Positions 18,326 to 28,596 of a DNA stretch of 64,000 nucleotides are shown one piece after another. The position numbers and the translations under genes were made by a program. The DNA is taken from the sequence record OQ174500.1; one strand, written 5' to 3'. Each line of letters opens with the position of its first letter. The first letter of the stretch is position 1. This stretch comes from Escherichia phage REP1. The notes beneath the pieces are model-generated. The model was given only the letters and a program-made list of their open reading frames with translations, had not been told where the DNA came from and did not search any database.

Positions 18326-18949
18326 ATGAAAAAATATATAACTTATTTAACAATATATAGTGGAGATAAACTTCCTCCTTTTTATATTGGATCTACATCT
18401 TTAGATAGGCATTTAGCTGGATATCATGGATCAGTTTTATCTAAAAAGTATAAGAAAATTTATAATAAAGAACTTTCAGATAACCCGCATCTATTTGATT
18501 CATGCATTTTAGCTGAATTTGATACGCGTGAAGAAGCTATTAAATGCGAGCTATATTATCAACGATTGCATGATGCAGTTAAAAATCCATTATTCTTTAA
18601 TATGTCATATGCTGCTCCAAAAGGTTCATTTGGAAGAGATATTAAAGGACAAAATCATCCATTATATGGTTCTCATAATTGTAAAGGAAATATACATTCA
18701 CATGATCCATTAACAGGAAAATCTGCATTTTTACCTTATATTCCAGAAGGTTATGTAAAAGGAAGGTCAAATAAATTTAAAGCTTCATCACATAATAAAG
18801 GTAAAAAATGGTATAATAACGGAGTTAAGCAAATGTTATGTCATGAACCTCCTGGTCCTGAATGGACAAAAGGAAAAATTAAAGAACTGGTTTCAAAAGC
18901 AGCTAAATTAGGATGGAAAAGACACCATGAAAATACTAAACTTGGGTGA
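18326..18949 (+). CDS. free-standing GIY-YIG homing-endonuclease-like protein (seg-like)
   Basis: 207 aa; YITY...FYIGST N-terminal motif, conserved acidic ILAEF segment, repeated NUMOD-like G-x-H-x-K motifs; markedly AT-rich; 3' end overlaps gene 47 start. Confidence 0.6.
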   Translation: MKKYITYLTIYSGDKLPPFYIGSTSLDRHLAGYHGSVLSKKYKKIYNKELSDNPHLFDSCILAEFDTREEAIKCELYYQRLHDAVKNPLFFNMSYAAPKGSFGRDIKGQNHPLYGSHNCKGNIHSHDPLTGKSAFLPYIPEGYVKGRSNKFKASSHNKGKKWYNNGVKQMLCHEPPGPEWTKGKIKELVSKAAKLGWKRHHENTKLG

Positions 18950-19946
18950 TTGGCATTTAGGCGTTAAAGCTGATGATGAGTGGATTCGCGGTATTCAAAT
19001 TGATGGAATTAAGCAAGCGATAGAATATTCTAAGAAAAATGGAATTACGGTATGGATTCAATACGGTGATATTTTTGATGTGCGAAAAGCGATCACGCAT
19101 AAAACTATGGAGTTTGCCCGTGAAATAGTTCAAATGCTTGATGGTGCTGGAATCACATTACATACTATTGTAGGAAATCACGATCTCCACTACAAAAATG
19201 TAATGCATCCAAATGCTTCTACTGAGCTTTTGGCTAAATATCCTAATGTTAAAGTATATGATAAGCCTACTACAGTAGATTTTGACGGATGTTTGATTGA
19301 TTTAATTCCTTGGATGTGTGAAGAAAATACTGGTGAAATTCTTGAACACATCAAAACTTCATCTGCTTCTTTTTGTGTTGGTCACTGGGAACTGAATGGA
19401 TTTTATTTTTATAAAGGAATGAAATCTCACGGTCTTGAACCTGATTTCCTTAAGACTTATAAAGAAGTGTGGTCTGGTCACTTCCATACTATCTCTGAGG
19501 CTGCTAACGTCAGATATATTGGGACACCATGGACACTAACTGCAGGTGACGAGAATGACCCTCGCGGGTTCTGGATGTTTGATACAGAAACAGAACGAAT
19601 GGAATTTATTCCAAACAATACTACCTGGCATCGTAGAATTCATTATCCATTTAAAGGAAAAATTGACTATAAAGATTTTACAAATCTATCAGTACGTGTT
19701 ATAGTAACTGAAGTAGACAAAAATCTGACGAAGTTTGAATCTGAACTAGAGAAAGTTGTGCATTCATTACGAGTTGTGTCAAAGATTGATAACTCTGTCG
19801 AGTCAGATGACAGTGAAGAAGTTGAAGTTCAATCTCTTCAGACGTTGATGGAAGAATACATTAATGCAATTCCAGACATCACTGATTCTGATCGCGAAGC
19901 ACTTATTCAATATGCAAATCAGTTATATGTAGAGGCAACACAATGA
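18927..19946 (+). CDS. 47: recombination nuclease subunit gp47 (Mre11-like)
   Basis: 339 aa; phosphoesterase motifs LGDWHLG, GNHD. Confidence 0.85.
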   Translation: MKILNLGDWHLGVKADDEWIRGIQIDGIKQAIEYSKKNGITVWIQYGDIFDVRKAITHKTMEFAREIVQMLDGAGITLHTIVGNHDLHYKNVMHPNASTELLAKYPNVKVYDKPTTVDFDGCLIDLIPWMCEENTGEILEHIKTSSASFCVGHWELNGFYFYKGMKSHGLEPDFLKTYKEVWSGHFHTISEAANVRYIGTPWTLTAGDENDPRGFWMFDTETERMEFIPNNTTWHRRIHYPFKGKIDYKDFTNLSVRVIVTEVDKNLTKFESELEKVVHSLRVVSKIDNSVESDDSEEVEVQSLQTLMEEYINAIPDITDSDREALIQYANQLYVEATQ

Positions 19947-20206
19947 CTTTTGATGAATTTAAAAATGTTATGATGAGTCAGCATTTTGAATGCGAAGTAA
20001 AAGATGATATTGGTCATAAAGAAATTATTGAATATTGGTTTGAACCGCTAGAGGTTGAAGATAATTGTATTAAAAAGGTTACAGTCTGCACTGACTGGGC
20101 TGTATCTTTTAACTTCAACATTTTAGATAATGACACACCTAAATCATTACGAGATATGGCTGTATCTTGTATTAAGGATGCATACTGTGAAGTTTTCGAC
20201 ATTTGA
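19943..20206 (+). CDS. hypothetical small protein
   Basis: 87-codon ORF, ATGA overlap with gene 47. Confidence 0.5.
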   Translation: MTFDEFKNVMMSQHFECEVKDDIGHKEIIEYWFEPLEVEDNCIKKVTVCTDWAVSFNFNILDNDTPKSLRDMAVSCIKDAYCEVFDI

Positions 20207-20393
20207 CATTAATGATGAATTCATAGCAAACATTGATTATACCGAAGAAGATTCTAGATATGTTGGAATAATTTATATTACATCAAAAACAGCACAAGGT
20301 GTTGTTTGCATGGCTGAATTTGATGAATACTTTTTAGATTATGATGATATGATAGAATGGTCTAAAAGATACATTAAAAGGAATCTTTTGTGA
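20178..20393 (+). CDS. hypothetical small protein
   Basis: 71 aa from ATG 20178 with AAGGA RBS; overlaps neighbours on both sides. Confidence 0.4.
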   Translation: MHTVKFSTFDINDEFIANIDYTEEDSRYVGIIYITSKTAQGVVCMAEFDEYFLDYDDMIEWSKRYIKRNLL

Positions 20394-22072
20394 AGAATTT
20401 TAAACTAAACCGAGTTAGGTATCAAAATATAATGTCAGTAGGTGGAAATCCTATTGACATTCAATTAGATAAGGTTCAAAAAACTCTTATTACTGGACGA
20501 AATGGCGGTGGTAAGTCTACTATGTTAGAAGCCATCACATTTGGGCTTTTTGGCAAGCCATTTCGCGATGTAAAGAAAGGTCAATTAATAAACAGCACAA
20601 ATAAGAAAGAACTTTTAGTTGAACTGTGGATGGAATATGATGAGAAAAAGTACTATATCAAAAGAGGACAAAAACCGAACGTTTTTGAAATCACCGTTAA
20701 CGGTACACGTCTTAATGAATCTGCCAGCAGTAAAGATTTCCAAGCAGAATTTGAACAGCTTATCGGAATGTCATATGCCAGTTTCAAGCAGATTGTTGTC
20801 CTTGGTACAGCAGGGTATACCCCTTTCATGGGTTTGTCGACCCCTGCACGAAGAAAGCTTGTGGAAGACCTGCTTGAGGTAGGAACATTAGCTGAAATGG
20901 ATAAGCTTAATAAAGCACTAATACGTGAATTAAATTCGCAGAACCAAGTGCTTGATGTTAAAAAAGATAGTATTATCCAACAAATTAAAATATATAATGA
21001 TAATGTTGAACGCCAGAAAAAATTGTCTGGTGACAACCTTACTCGTCTACAAAATATGTATGATGATTTGGCAAAAGAAGCTAGAACGCTAAAATCGGAA
21101 ATAGAAGAAGCTAATGAAAGATTAGTTAATATTGTTTTGGATGAAGACCCGACTGATGCATTTAATAAAATCGGTCAAGAAGCAGTTTTAATTAAATCAA
21201 AAATTGACTCGTATAATAAAGTCATTAATATGTATCACGAAGGTGGATTATGTCCAACCTGTTTGTCACAATTAAGTTCCGGTGATAAAGTTGTTTCTAA
21301 AATTAAAGATAAAGTTTCTGAATGTACGCATTCGTTTGAACAGCTTTCAACACACCGTGATAATTTAAAAGTTCTTGTCGATGAATACCGAGATAATATT
21401 AAAACCCAACAGTCGTTGGCGAATGATATTCGCAATAAAAAGCAATCCCTAATCACAACGGTAGATAAAGCTAAAAAAGTTAAAGCAGCTATAGAAAAAG
21501 CATCTTCTGAGTTTATTGACCATGCTGATGAAATAGCACTGCTTCAAGAAGAACTTGATAAAATTATTAAGACAAAAACTAATTTAGTAATGGAAAAATA
21601 CCACCGAGGAATTTTGACTGATATGCTCAAAGATTCTGGTATTAAAGGTGCTATTATTAAAAAGTACATTCCATTATTTAATAAGCAGATTAACCATTAT
21701 CTTAAAATAATGGAAGCGGATTATGTGTTTACATTAGATGAAGAATTTAATGAGACAATTAAATCCCGTGGTCGTGAAGATTTTAGTTATGCTTCATTCA
21801 GTCAAGGTGAAAAAGCGCGAATTGATATTGCTCTTTTATTTACTTGGCGTGATATTGCTGAAAAAGTTTCAGGTGTTAAAATAAACACACTAATTCTTGA
21901 TGAAGTTTTTGATTCAGCGACCGACGTTGAAGGTGTAAAAGCTATTTCAACTATTTTAGATAGTTTAAAAAATACTAATGTTTTTGTTATTTCACATAGA
22001 GACCATGACCCGCAAGCATACGGTCAGCATCTTCAAATGAAGAAAGTTGGTCGATTTACTGTAATGGTTTAA
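20390..22072 (+). CDS. 46: recombination nuclease subunit gp46 (Rad50/SbcC-like)
   Basis: 560 aa; Walker A GRNGGGKST, CPTC zinc hook, Walker B ILDEVFDS; GTG start overlapping upstream stop. Confidence 0.85.
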   Translation: MKNFKLNRVRYQNIMSVGGNPIDIQLDKVQKTLITGRNGGGKSTMLEAITFGLFGKPFRDVKKGQLINSTNKKELLVELWMEYDEKKYYIKRGQKPNVFEITVNGTRLNESASSKDFQAEFEQLIGMSYASFKQIVVLGTAGYTPFMGLSTPARRKLVEDLLEVGTLAEMDKLNKALIRELNSQNQVLDVKKDSIIQQIKIYNDNVERQKKLSGDNLTRLQNMYDDLAKEARTLKSEIEEANERLVNIVLDEDPTDAFNKIGQEAVLIKSKIDSYNKVINMYHEGGLCPTCLSQLSSGDKVVSKIKDKVSECTHSFEQLSTHRDNLKVLVDEYRDNIKTQQSLANDIRNKKQSLITTVDKAKKVKAAIEKASSEFIDHADEIALLQEELDKIIKTKTNLVMEKYHRGILTDMLKDSGIKGAIIKKYIPLFNKQINHYLKIMEADYVFTLDEEFNETIKSRGREDFSYASFSQGEKARIDIALLFTWRDIAEKVSGVKINTLILDEVFDSATDVEGVKAISTILDSLKNTNVFVISHRDHDPQAYGQHLQMKKVGRFTVMV

Positions 22073-22127
22073 TTTATAAGAGATTATGCTTTAATTTATT
22101 AGAGTATAATCTCTATGGAGGAAAAAC

Positions 22128-22316
22128 ATGGAATATTCAACTGGACAGCATTTATTAACTTTTCCTGAAATAAAACGATATATTCTGAGAAATAATTTTT
22201 CTAATGAAGAGCATATAGTTACTGAATCTATGCTTAGGAATGCATTTAAAGCAGAATATACAAAAATAATGTCCAATAGAAATGAAGCTTGGACTGTTAC
22301 TGATTATTATGACTAA
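22128..22316 (+). CDS. hypothetical small protein
   Basis: 62-codon ORF with GGAGGAAAAAC RBS. Confidence 0.5.
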   Translation: MEYSTGQHLLTFPEIKRYILRNNFSNEEHIVTESMLRNAFKAEYTKIMSNRNEAWTVTDYYD

Positions 22317-22325
22317 AGGTGTATT

Positions 22326-22715
22326 ATGACTAAAATTACTGTGAATTATACTGTTGACGTAAAAGATATTCAGCCAAAACACGTGCGTTCTGAATCAAAT
22401 CCACAAAACCAAAATAAAATTCGTCGAGCATGGGTTTTGTCTCTTTCTGATAACGCAATGGAAGTTATTCAGAACAAAATTAAATCTGCACCTGCTCGTC
22501 ATGCGTATTATGAAGCTATCGATCGTGAAGTAAGTAATAAATGGATTGAACTAATGCGCAAACATACTACAGAATCCCTAAACGCCGGTGCTAAATTTAT
22601 TATGACTTCATGTGGTGAACGCCTTGAAGATGATTATTGTGGTAATGCAGATGAACGTCTAATTGTTGCTGCTCAAATTGTTGCGGAAACAATTGCGGCT
22701 GATTTTAATCGTTAA
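22326..22715 (+). CDS. rpbA: RNA polymerase-binding protein
   Basis: 129 aa; size and position immediately upstream of gene 45 as in T4. Confidence 0.6.
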
Positions 22716-22744
22716 TTGCTTTATTAAATTAGTTATAAAATTAA
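22715..22744 (+). promoter_or_regulatory. MotA-dependent middle promoter of gene 45
   Basis: MotA box aTTGCTTTA and TATAAA(A) -10 region 26-55 nt upstream of ATG 22771. Confidence 0.55.
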
Positions 22745-22770
22745 ATCTCATTTGAATTGAAGGAAATTAC

Positions 22771-23457
22771 ATGAAACTGTCTAAAGATACTACTGCTCTG
22801 CTTAAAAATTTCGCTACTATTAACTCCGGTATTATGCTTAAATCCGGTCAATTTATTATGACTCGCGCAGTTAATGGTACAACTTATGCGGAAGCAAATA
22901 TTTCTGACGTTATTGATTTTGATGTAGCAATTTACGATTTGAACGGTTTTCTCGGTATTCTGTCTCTAGTTAATGATGATGCAGAAATTTCCCAGTCAGA
23001 AGATGGAAATATTAAAATTGCTGATGCCCGTTCAACAATTTTTTGGCCAGCAGCCGATCCGAGTACAGTAGTTGCTCCTAATAAACCAATTCCATTCCCG
23101 GTAGCATCTGTTGTTACTGAAATTAAAGCTGAAGACCTTCAACAACTGTTGCGTGTATCTCGTGGTCTGCAAATTGATACAATTGCTATCACGGTAAAAG
23201 AAGGTAAAATCGTAATTAACGGTTTTAATAAAGTAGAAGATTCTGCTCTGACCCGTGTTAAATATTCTTTGACTCTTGGTGATTATGATGGTGAAAATAC
23301 ATTTAATTTCATTATCAATATGGCAAATATGAAAATGCAACCAGGAAATTATAAACTTCTGCTCTGGGCAAAAGGTAAACAAGGTGCTGCTAAATTTGAA
23401 GGTGAACATGCGAATTATGTAGTAGCTCTTGAAGCTGATTCTACCCACGATTTTTAA
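22771..23457 (+). CDS. 45: sliding clamp gp45
   Basis: 228 aa; size and synteny with 44/62. Confidence 0.9.
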   Translation: MKLSKDTTALLKNFATINSGIMLKSGQFIMTRAVNGTTYAEANISDVIDFDVAIYDLNGFLGILSLVNDDAEISQSEDGNIKIADARSTIFWPAADPSTVVAPNKPIPFPVASVVTEIKAEDLQQLLRVSRGLQIDTIAITVKEGKIVINGFNKVEDSALTRVKYSLTLGDYDGENTFNFIINMANMKMQPGNYKLLLWAKGKQGAAKFEGEHANYVVALEADSTHDF

Positions 23458-23460
23458 TAG

Positions 23461-23476
23461 AGGGCTTCGGCCCTTT
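23461..23476 (+). terminator. UUCG-tetraloop hairpin
   Basis: agggc-ttcg-gccct after the gene 45 stop. Confidence 0.5.
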
Positions 23477-23508
23477 ATAATTTACACTAAAACTTGAATG
23501 AGGAAATT

Positions 23509-24468
23509 ATGATTACCGTAAATGAAAAAGAACACATTCTTGAACAGAAATATCGTCCATCTACTATCGATGAATGTATTCTTCCCGCCTTTGATAAAGA
23601 AACCTTTAAATCTATTACAAGTAAAGGTAAGATTCCACATATTATTCTTCATTCTCCTTCTCCAGGAACAGGTAAAACAACTGTAGCAAAAGCATTGTGT
23701 CATGATGTAAATGCTGATATGATGTTTGTAAATGGATCAGACTGTAAAATTGATTTCGTTCGTGGTCCTTTAACTAATTTTGCGAGTGCAGCTTCATTTG
23801 ATGGTCGTCAAAAAGTAATCGTTATTGATGAATTTGACCGCTCAGGTTTAGCAGAATCTCAGCGACATCTTCGTTCCTTTATGGAAGCTTATAGTTCAAA
23901 CTGTAGTATTATTATTACTGCTAACAATATTGATGGTATTATTAAACCACTTCAGTCACGCTGCCGAGTTATTACGTTCGGTCAACCGACCGATGAAGAT
24001 AAAATTGAAATGATGAAGCAGATGATTCGTCGATTGACTGAAATCTGTAAACATGAAGGTATTGCTATAGCTGATATGAAAGTTGTAGCAGCTTTGGTTA
24101 AAAAGAATTTTCCTGATTTTCGTAAAACTATTGGCGAGCTCGATAGTTATTCATCTAAAGGTGTTTTGGATGCTGGTATTTTATCACTGGTTACTAACGA
24201 TCGTGGTGCTATTGATGATGTTCTTGAGTCTCTCAAAAATAAAGATGTTAAACAACTCAGAGCTTTAGCACCAAAATATGCAGCCGATTATTCGTGGTTC
24301 GTGGGTAAACTTGCCGAAGAAATCTATTCACGTGTAACTCCACAGAGTATTATTCGTATGTACGAAATTGTCGGCGAAAATAATCAGTATCATGGTATTG
24401 CAGCTAATACTGAATTGCATTTAGCTTATCTTTTCATTCAATTAGCATGCGAAATGCAGTGGAAGTGA
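23509..24468 (+). CDS. 44: clamp loader large subunit gp44 (AAA+)
   Basis: 319 aa from ATG 23509 ([17 protein letters not shown]...); Walker [14 protein letters not shown] motif. Confidence 0.92.
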
Positions 24469-24469
24469 T

Positions 24470-25033
24470 ATGAGCTTATTTGAAGATGATATTCAATTAA
24501 ACGAGCATCAAGTTGCTTGGTATTCTAAAGATTGGACAGCTGTCCAATCTGCTGCTGATACTTTTAAAGAAAAAGCTGAAAATGAATTTTTTGAAATAAT
24601 TGGAGCTATTAATAATAAAACTAAATGCTCTATTGCTCAAAAAGATTATTCAAAATTCATGGTTGAAAATGCATTATCACAATTTCCAGAGTGCATGCCA
24701 GCTGTATATGCTATGAATTTAATTGGATCAGGCTTAAGTGATGAAGCTCATTTTAATTATCTAATGGCTGCAGTTCCTCGTGGTAAAAGATATGGTAAAT
24801 GGGCAAAACTAGTTGAAGATTCCACCGAAGTATTGATTATTAAGTTACTTGCTAAGCGGTATCAAGTTAATACAAATGATGCAATTAACTATAAATCAAT
24901 TCTTACTAAAAATGGAAAACTACCTTTAGTATTAAAAGAACTTAAAGGATTAGTCACGGATGATTTTTTAAAAGAAGTGACTAAGAACGTAAAAGAACAG
25001 AAACAACTCAAAAAACTAGCATTGGAATGGTAA
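24470..25033 (+). CDS. 62: clamp loader small subunit gp62
   Basis: 187 aa; starts 2 nt after the gene 44 stop. Confidence 0.9.
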   Translation: MSLFEDDIQLNEHQVAWYSKDWTAVQSAADTFKEKAENEFFEIIGAINNKTKCSIAQKDYSKFMVENALSQFPECMPAVYAMNLIGSGLSDEAHFNYLMAAVPRGKRYGKWAKLVEDSTEVLIIKLLAKRYQVNTNDAINYKSILTKNGKLPLVLKELKGLVTDDFLKEVTKNVKEQKQLKKLALEW

Positions 25034-25034
25034 A

Positions 25035-25403
25035 ATGATTGAAATTACTCTTAAAAAACCTGAAGATTTTCTGAAAGTAAAAGAAACTTTGACTCGTATG
25101 GGAATTGCTAATAATAAAGATAAAGTTCTGTATCAGTCCTGTCATATTCTTCAGAAAAAAGGACTATACTATATCGTTCATTTTAAAGAAATGCTTCGTA
25201 TGGATGGCCGTCAAGTTGAAATGACAGAAGAAGATGAAGTTCGTCGTGATTCGATTGCATGGCTGTTAGAAGATTGGGGACTGATTGAAATCGTTCCTGG
25301 ACAAAGAACTTTTATGAAAGATTTAACTAATAACTTCCGAGTTATTTCTTTTAAACAAAAACATGAATGGAAACTCGTTCCTAAATATACGATTGGTAAT
25401 TAA
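25035..25403 (+). CDS. regA: translational repressor RegA
   Basis: 122 aa; MIEITLKKPEDFLKVKETL... matches recalled RegA. Confidence 0.9.
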   Translation: MIEITLKKPEDFLKVKETLTRMGIANNKDKVLYQSCHILQKKGLYYIVHFKEMLRMDGRQVEMTEEDEVRRDSIAWLLEDWGLIEIVPGQRTFMKDLTNNFRVISFKQKHEWKLVPKYTIGN

Positions 25404-25413
25404 GGTAAATTAT

Positions 25414-25638
25414 ATGACACAATCAGAGATTCAGTTTACCGAAGCTTTTCTAATATTCGAAAATCTAAAACAAACATATGGTCTGTCTTCTACCCAACTG
25501 GTTTTTGACCTCCCGGAAGATAAACAAAAAGAATTCCAACGATTAGTTTACCCACGCCAACGCGCATTTCATGCGATTATCAAAACCACAAATAAAGATG
25601 GCAAGTCCGTTATATCGCGTCGTACAATAGAAATTTAA
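25414..25638 (+). CDS. hypothetical small protein between regA and 43
   Basis: 74 aa from ATG 25414 with AAGG RBS, followed by a hairpin. Confidence 0.45.
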   Translation: MTQSEIQFTEAFLIFENLKQTYGLSSTQLVFDLPEDKQKEFQRLVYPRQRAFHAIIKTTNKDGKSVISRRTIEI

Positions 25639-25642
25639 AGCA

Positions 25643-25662
25643 AAGGGGCTTCGGCCCCTTAT
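25643..25662 (+). terminator. UUCG-tetraloop hairpin
   Basis: aggggc-ttcg-gcccct then ttattt. Confidence 0.55.
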
Positions 25663-25682
25663 TTGGAGTATAATATATCAAG

Positions 25683-25721
25683 AGCCTAATAACTCGGGCT
25701 ATAAACTAAGGAATATCTATG
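25683..25721 (+). promoter_or_regulatory. gene 43 translational operator (gp43 autoregulatory RNA hairpin)
   Basis: 5-bp stem with 8-nt loop AAUAACUC followed by the SD and ATG; matches the known gp43-binding hairpin. Confidence 0.75.
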
Positions 25722-28415
25722 AAAGAATTTTATATCTCTATCGAAACAGTCGGAAATAACATTGTTGAACGTTATATTGATGAAAATGGAAAGGAACGTA
25801 CTCGTGAAGTAGAATATCTTCCAACTATGTTTAGACACTGTAAGGAAGAATCAAAATACAAAGACATTTACGGTAAAAACTGTGCTCCTCAAAAATTTCC
25901 ATCAATGAAAGATGCCCGAGATTGGATGAAACGAATGGAAGACATCGGTCTCGAAGCTCTCGGTATGAACGATTTTAAACTCGCTTATATCAGTGATACA
26001 TACGGTTCAGAAATTGTTTATGACCGAAAATTTGTTCGTGTAGCTAACTGTGACATTGAGGTTACTGGTGATAAATTTCCTGACCCAATGAAAGCTGAAT
26101 ATGAAATTGATGCTATCACTCATTACGATTCAATTGATGATCGTTTTTATGTTTTCGACCTTTTGAATTCAATGTATGGTTCAGTATCAAAATGGGATGC
26201 AAAGTTAGCTGCTAAGCTTGACTGTGAAGGTGGTGATGAAGTTCCTCAAGAAATTCTTGACCGAGTAATTTATATGCCATTCGATAATGAGCGTGATATG
26301 CTCATGGAATATATCAATCTCTGGGAACAGAAACGACCTGCTATTTTTACTGGTTGGAATATTGAGGGGTTTGACGTTCCGTATATCATGAATCGCGTTA
26401 AAATGGTTCTCGGTGAACGTAGTATGAAACGCTTCTCTCCAATCGGTCGAGTAAAATCTAAACTAATTCAAAATATGTACGGTAGCAAAGAAATTTATTC
26501 TATTGATGGCGTATCTATTCTTGATTATTTAGATTTGTACAAGAAATTCGCTTTTACTAATTTGCCGTCATTCTCTTTGGAATCAGTTGCTCAACATGAA
26601 ACCAAAAAAGGTAAATTACCATACGACGGTCCTATTAATAAACTTCGTGAGACTAATCATCAACGATACATTAGTTATAACATCATTGACGTAGAATCAG
26701 TTCAAGCAATTGATAAAATTCGCGGGTTTATCGATCTAGTTTTAAGTATGTCTTATTACGCTAAAATGCCTTTTTCCGGTGTAATGAGTCCTATTAAAAC
26801 TTGGGATGCTATTATTTTTAACTCATTGAAAGGTGAACATAAGGTTATTCCTCAACAAGGTTCGCACGTTAAACAGAGTTTTCCGGGTGCATTCGTATTT
26901 GAACCTAAACCAATTGCTCGTCGATATATTATGAGTTTTGACTTGACGTCTCTGTATCCGAGCATTATTCGTCAGGTTAACATTAGTCCTGAGACTATTC
27001 GTGGACAGTTTAAAGTTCATCCAATTCATGAATATATCGCAGGAACAGCTCCTAAACCGAGTGATGAATATTCTTGTTCTCCGAATGGATGGATGTATGA
27101 TAAGCATCAAGAAGGTATCATTCCAAAGGAAATCGCTAAAGTATTTTTCCAGCGTAAAGATTGGAAAAAGAAAATGTTCGCTGAAGAAATGAATGCCGAA
27201 GCTATTAAAAAGATTATTATGAAAGGCGCAGGGTCCTGTTCAACTAAACCAGAAGTTGAACGATATGTTAAGTTCAGTGATGATTTCTTAAATGAACTAT
27301 CGAATTATACTGAATCTGTTCTCAATAGTCTGATTGAGGAATGTGAAAAAGCGGCTACACTTGCTAATACAAATCAACTGAACCGTAAAATTCTCATTAA
27401 CAGTCTTTATGGTGCTCTTGGTAATATTCATTTCCGTTACTATGATTTGCGAAATGCTACTGCTATCACAATTTTCGGCCAAGTTGGTATTCAGTGGATT
27501 GCTCGTAAAATTAATGAATATCTGAATAAAGTATGCGGAACTAATGGTGAAGATTTCATCGCAGCAGGTGATACTGATTCGGTATATGTTTGTGTAGATA
27601 AAGTTATTGAAAAAGTTGGTCTTGACCGATTCAAAGAGCAGAACGATTTGGTTGAATTCATGAATCAGTTCGGTAAGAAAAAGATGGAACCTATGATTGA
27701 TGTTGCATATCGTGAGTTATGTGATTATATGAATAACCGCGAGCATCTGATGCATATGGACCGTGAAGCTATTTCTTGTCCTCCACTTGGTTCAAAGGGC
27801 GTTGGCGGATTTTGGAAAGCGAAAAAGCGTTATGCTCTGAACGTTTATGATATGGAAGATAAGCGTTTTGCTGAACCACATCTAAAAATCATGGGTATGG
27901 AAACTCAGCAGAGTTCAACGCCTAAAGCGGTCCAAGAAGCTCTCGAAGAAAGTATTCGTCGTATTCTTCAGGAAGGTGAAGAGTCTGTCCAAGAATATTA
28001 CAAAAACTTCGAGAAAGAATATCGTCAACTTGACTATAAAGTTATTGCTGAAGTAAAAACTGCGAACGATATAGCGAAATATGATGATAAAGGTTGGCCA
28101 GGATTTAAATGCCCGTTCCATATTCGTGGTGTGCTAACTTATCGTCGAGCTGTTAGTGGTCTGGGTGTAGCTCCAATTTTGGATGGAAATAAGGTAATGG
28201 TTCTTCCATTGCGTGAAGGAAATCCATTTGGTGACAAGTGCATTGCTTGGCCGTCGGGCACAGAACTTCCAAAAGAAATTCGTTCTGATGTACTGTCTTG
28301 GATTGACTACTCAACTTTGTTCCAAAAATCGTTTGTTAAACCGCTTGCGGGTATGTGTGAATCGGCTGGTATGGACTATGAAGAAAAAGCTTCGTTAGAC
28401 TTCCTGTTTGGCTGA
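25719..28415 (+). CDS. 43: DNA polymerase gp43
   Basis: 898 aa; exonuclease motifs, polymerase motifs DxxSLYPS, KILINSLYGALG, GDTDS. Confidence 0.95.
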   Translation: MKEFYISIETVGNNIVERYIDENGKERTREVEYLPTMFRHCKEESKYKDIYGKNCAPQKFPSMKDARDWMKRMEDIGLEALGMNDFKLAYISDTYGSEIVYDRKFVRVANCDIEVTGDKFPDPMKAEYEIDAITHYDSIDDRFYVFDLLNSMYGSVSKWDAKLAAKLDCEGGDEVPQEILDRVIYMPFDNERDMLMEYINLWEQKRPAIFTGWNIEGFDVPYIMNRVKMVLGERSMKRFSPIGRVKSKLIQNMYGSKEIYSIDGVSILDYLDLYKKFAFTNLPSFSLESVAQHETKKGKLPYDGPINKLRETNHQRYISYNIIDVESVQAIDKIRGFIDLVLSMSYYAKMPFSGVMSPIKTWDAIIFNSLKGEHKVIPQQGSHVKQSFPGAFVFEPKPIARRYIMSFDLTSLYPSIIRQVNISPETIRGQFKVHPIHEYIAGTAPKPSDEYSCSPNGWMYDKHQEGIIPKEIAKVFFQRKDWKKKMFAEEMNAEAIKKIIMKGAGSCSTKPEVERYVKFSDDFLNELSNYTESVLNSLIEECEKAATLANTNQLNRKILINSLYGALGNIHFRYYDLRNATAITIFGQVGIQWIARKINEYLNKVCGTNGEDFIAAGDTDSVYVCVDKVIEKVGLDRFKEQNDLVEFMNQFGKKKMEPMIDVAYRELCDYMNNREHLMHMDREAISCPPLGSKGVGGFWKAKKRYALNVYDMEDKRFAEPHLKIMGMETQQSSTPKAVQEALEESIRRILQEGEESVQEYYKNFEKEYRQLDYKVIAEVKTANDIAKYDDKGWPGFKCPFHIRGVLTYRRAVSGLGVAPILDGNKVMVLPLREGNPFGDKCIAWPSGTELPKEIRSDVLSWIDYSTLFQKSFVKPLAGMCESAGMDYEEKASLDFLFG

Positions 28416-28428
28416 TAGAATAAATCTA

Positions 28429-28450
28429 GGGACCTCCGGGTCCCTTTTTC
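28429..28450 (+). terminator. GC hairpin with T-run
   Basis: gggacc-tcc-gggtccc then tttttcat. Confidence 0.55.
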
Positions 28451-28532
28451 ATACAAGTAATATAAATCTATACTTATGAAAAACAGATGATTCTGGACCT
28501 TTAGAATTCCCTAAAAAATTTTTCACAAAACT

Positions 28533-28562
28533 GTTTACAAGACTGTTCCTCTGTGGTACTAT
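28533..28562 (+). promoter_or_regulatory. T4-type early promoter
   Basis: GTTTAC, 18 bp, TGgTACTAT; leader near-identical to the element at 1128. Confidence 0.6.
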
Positions 28563-28596
28563 ACAACTATCAGCTAATACGGATTTGGAGAATAAA

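Noticed and set aside
20653-21036. Antisense ORFs lying inside large genes (this one inside gene 46; likewise 830-1060, 1353-1592, 10599-10847, 23032-23448, 26823-27110, 33805-34035, 49750-50040, 58055-58405 and others)
   Set aside because: Fully embedded in well-supported + strand genes, no RBS, composition typical of the reverse strand of coding DNA; treated as spurious.
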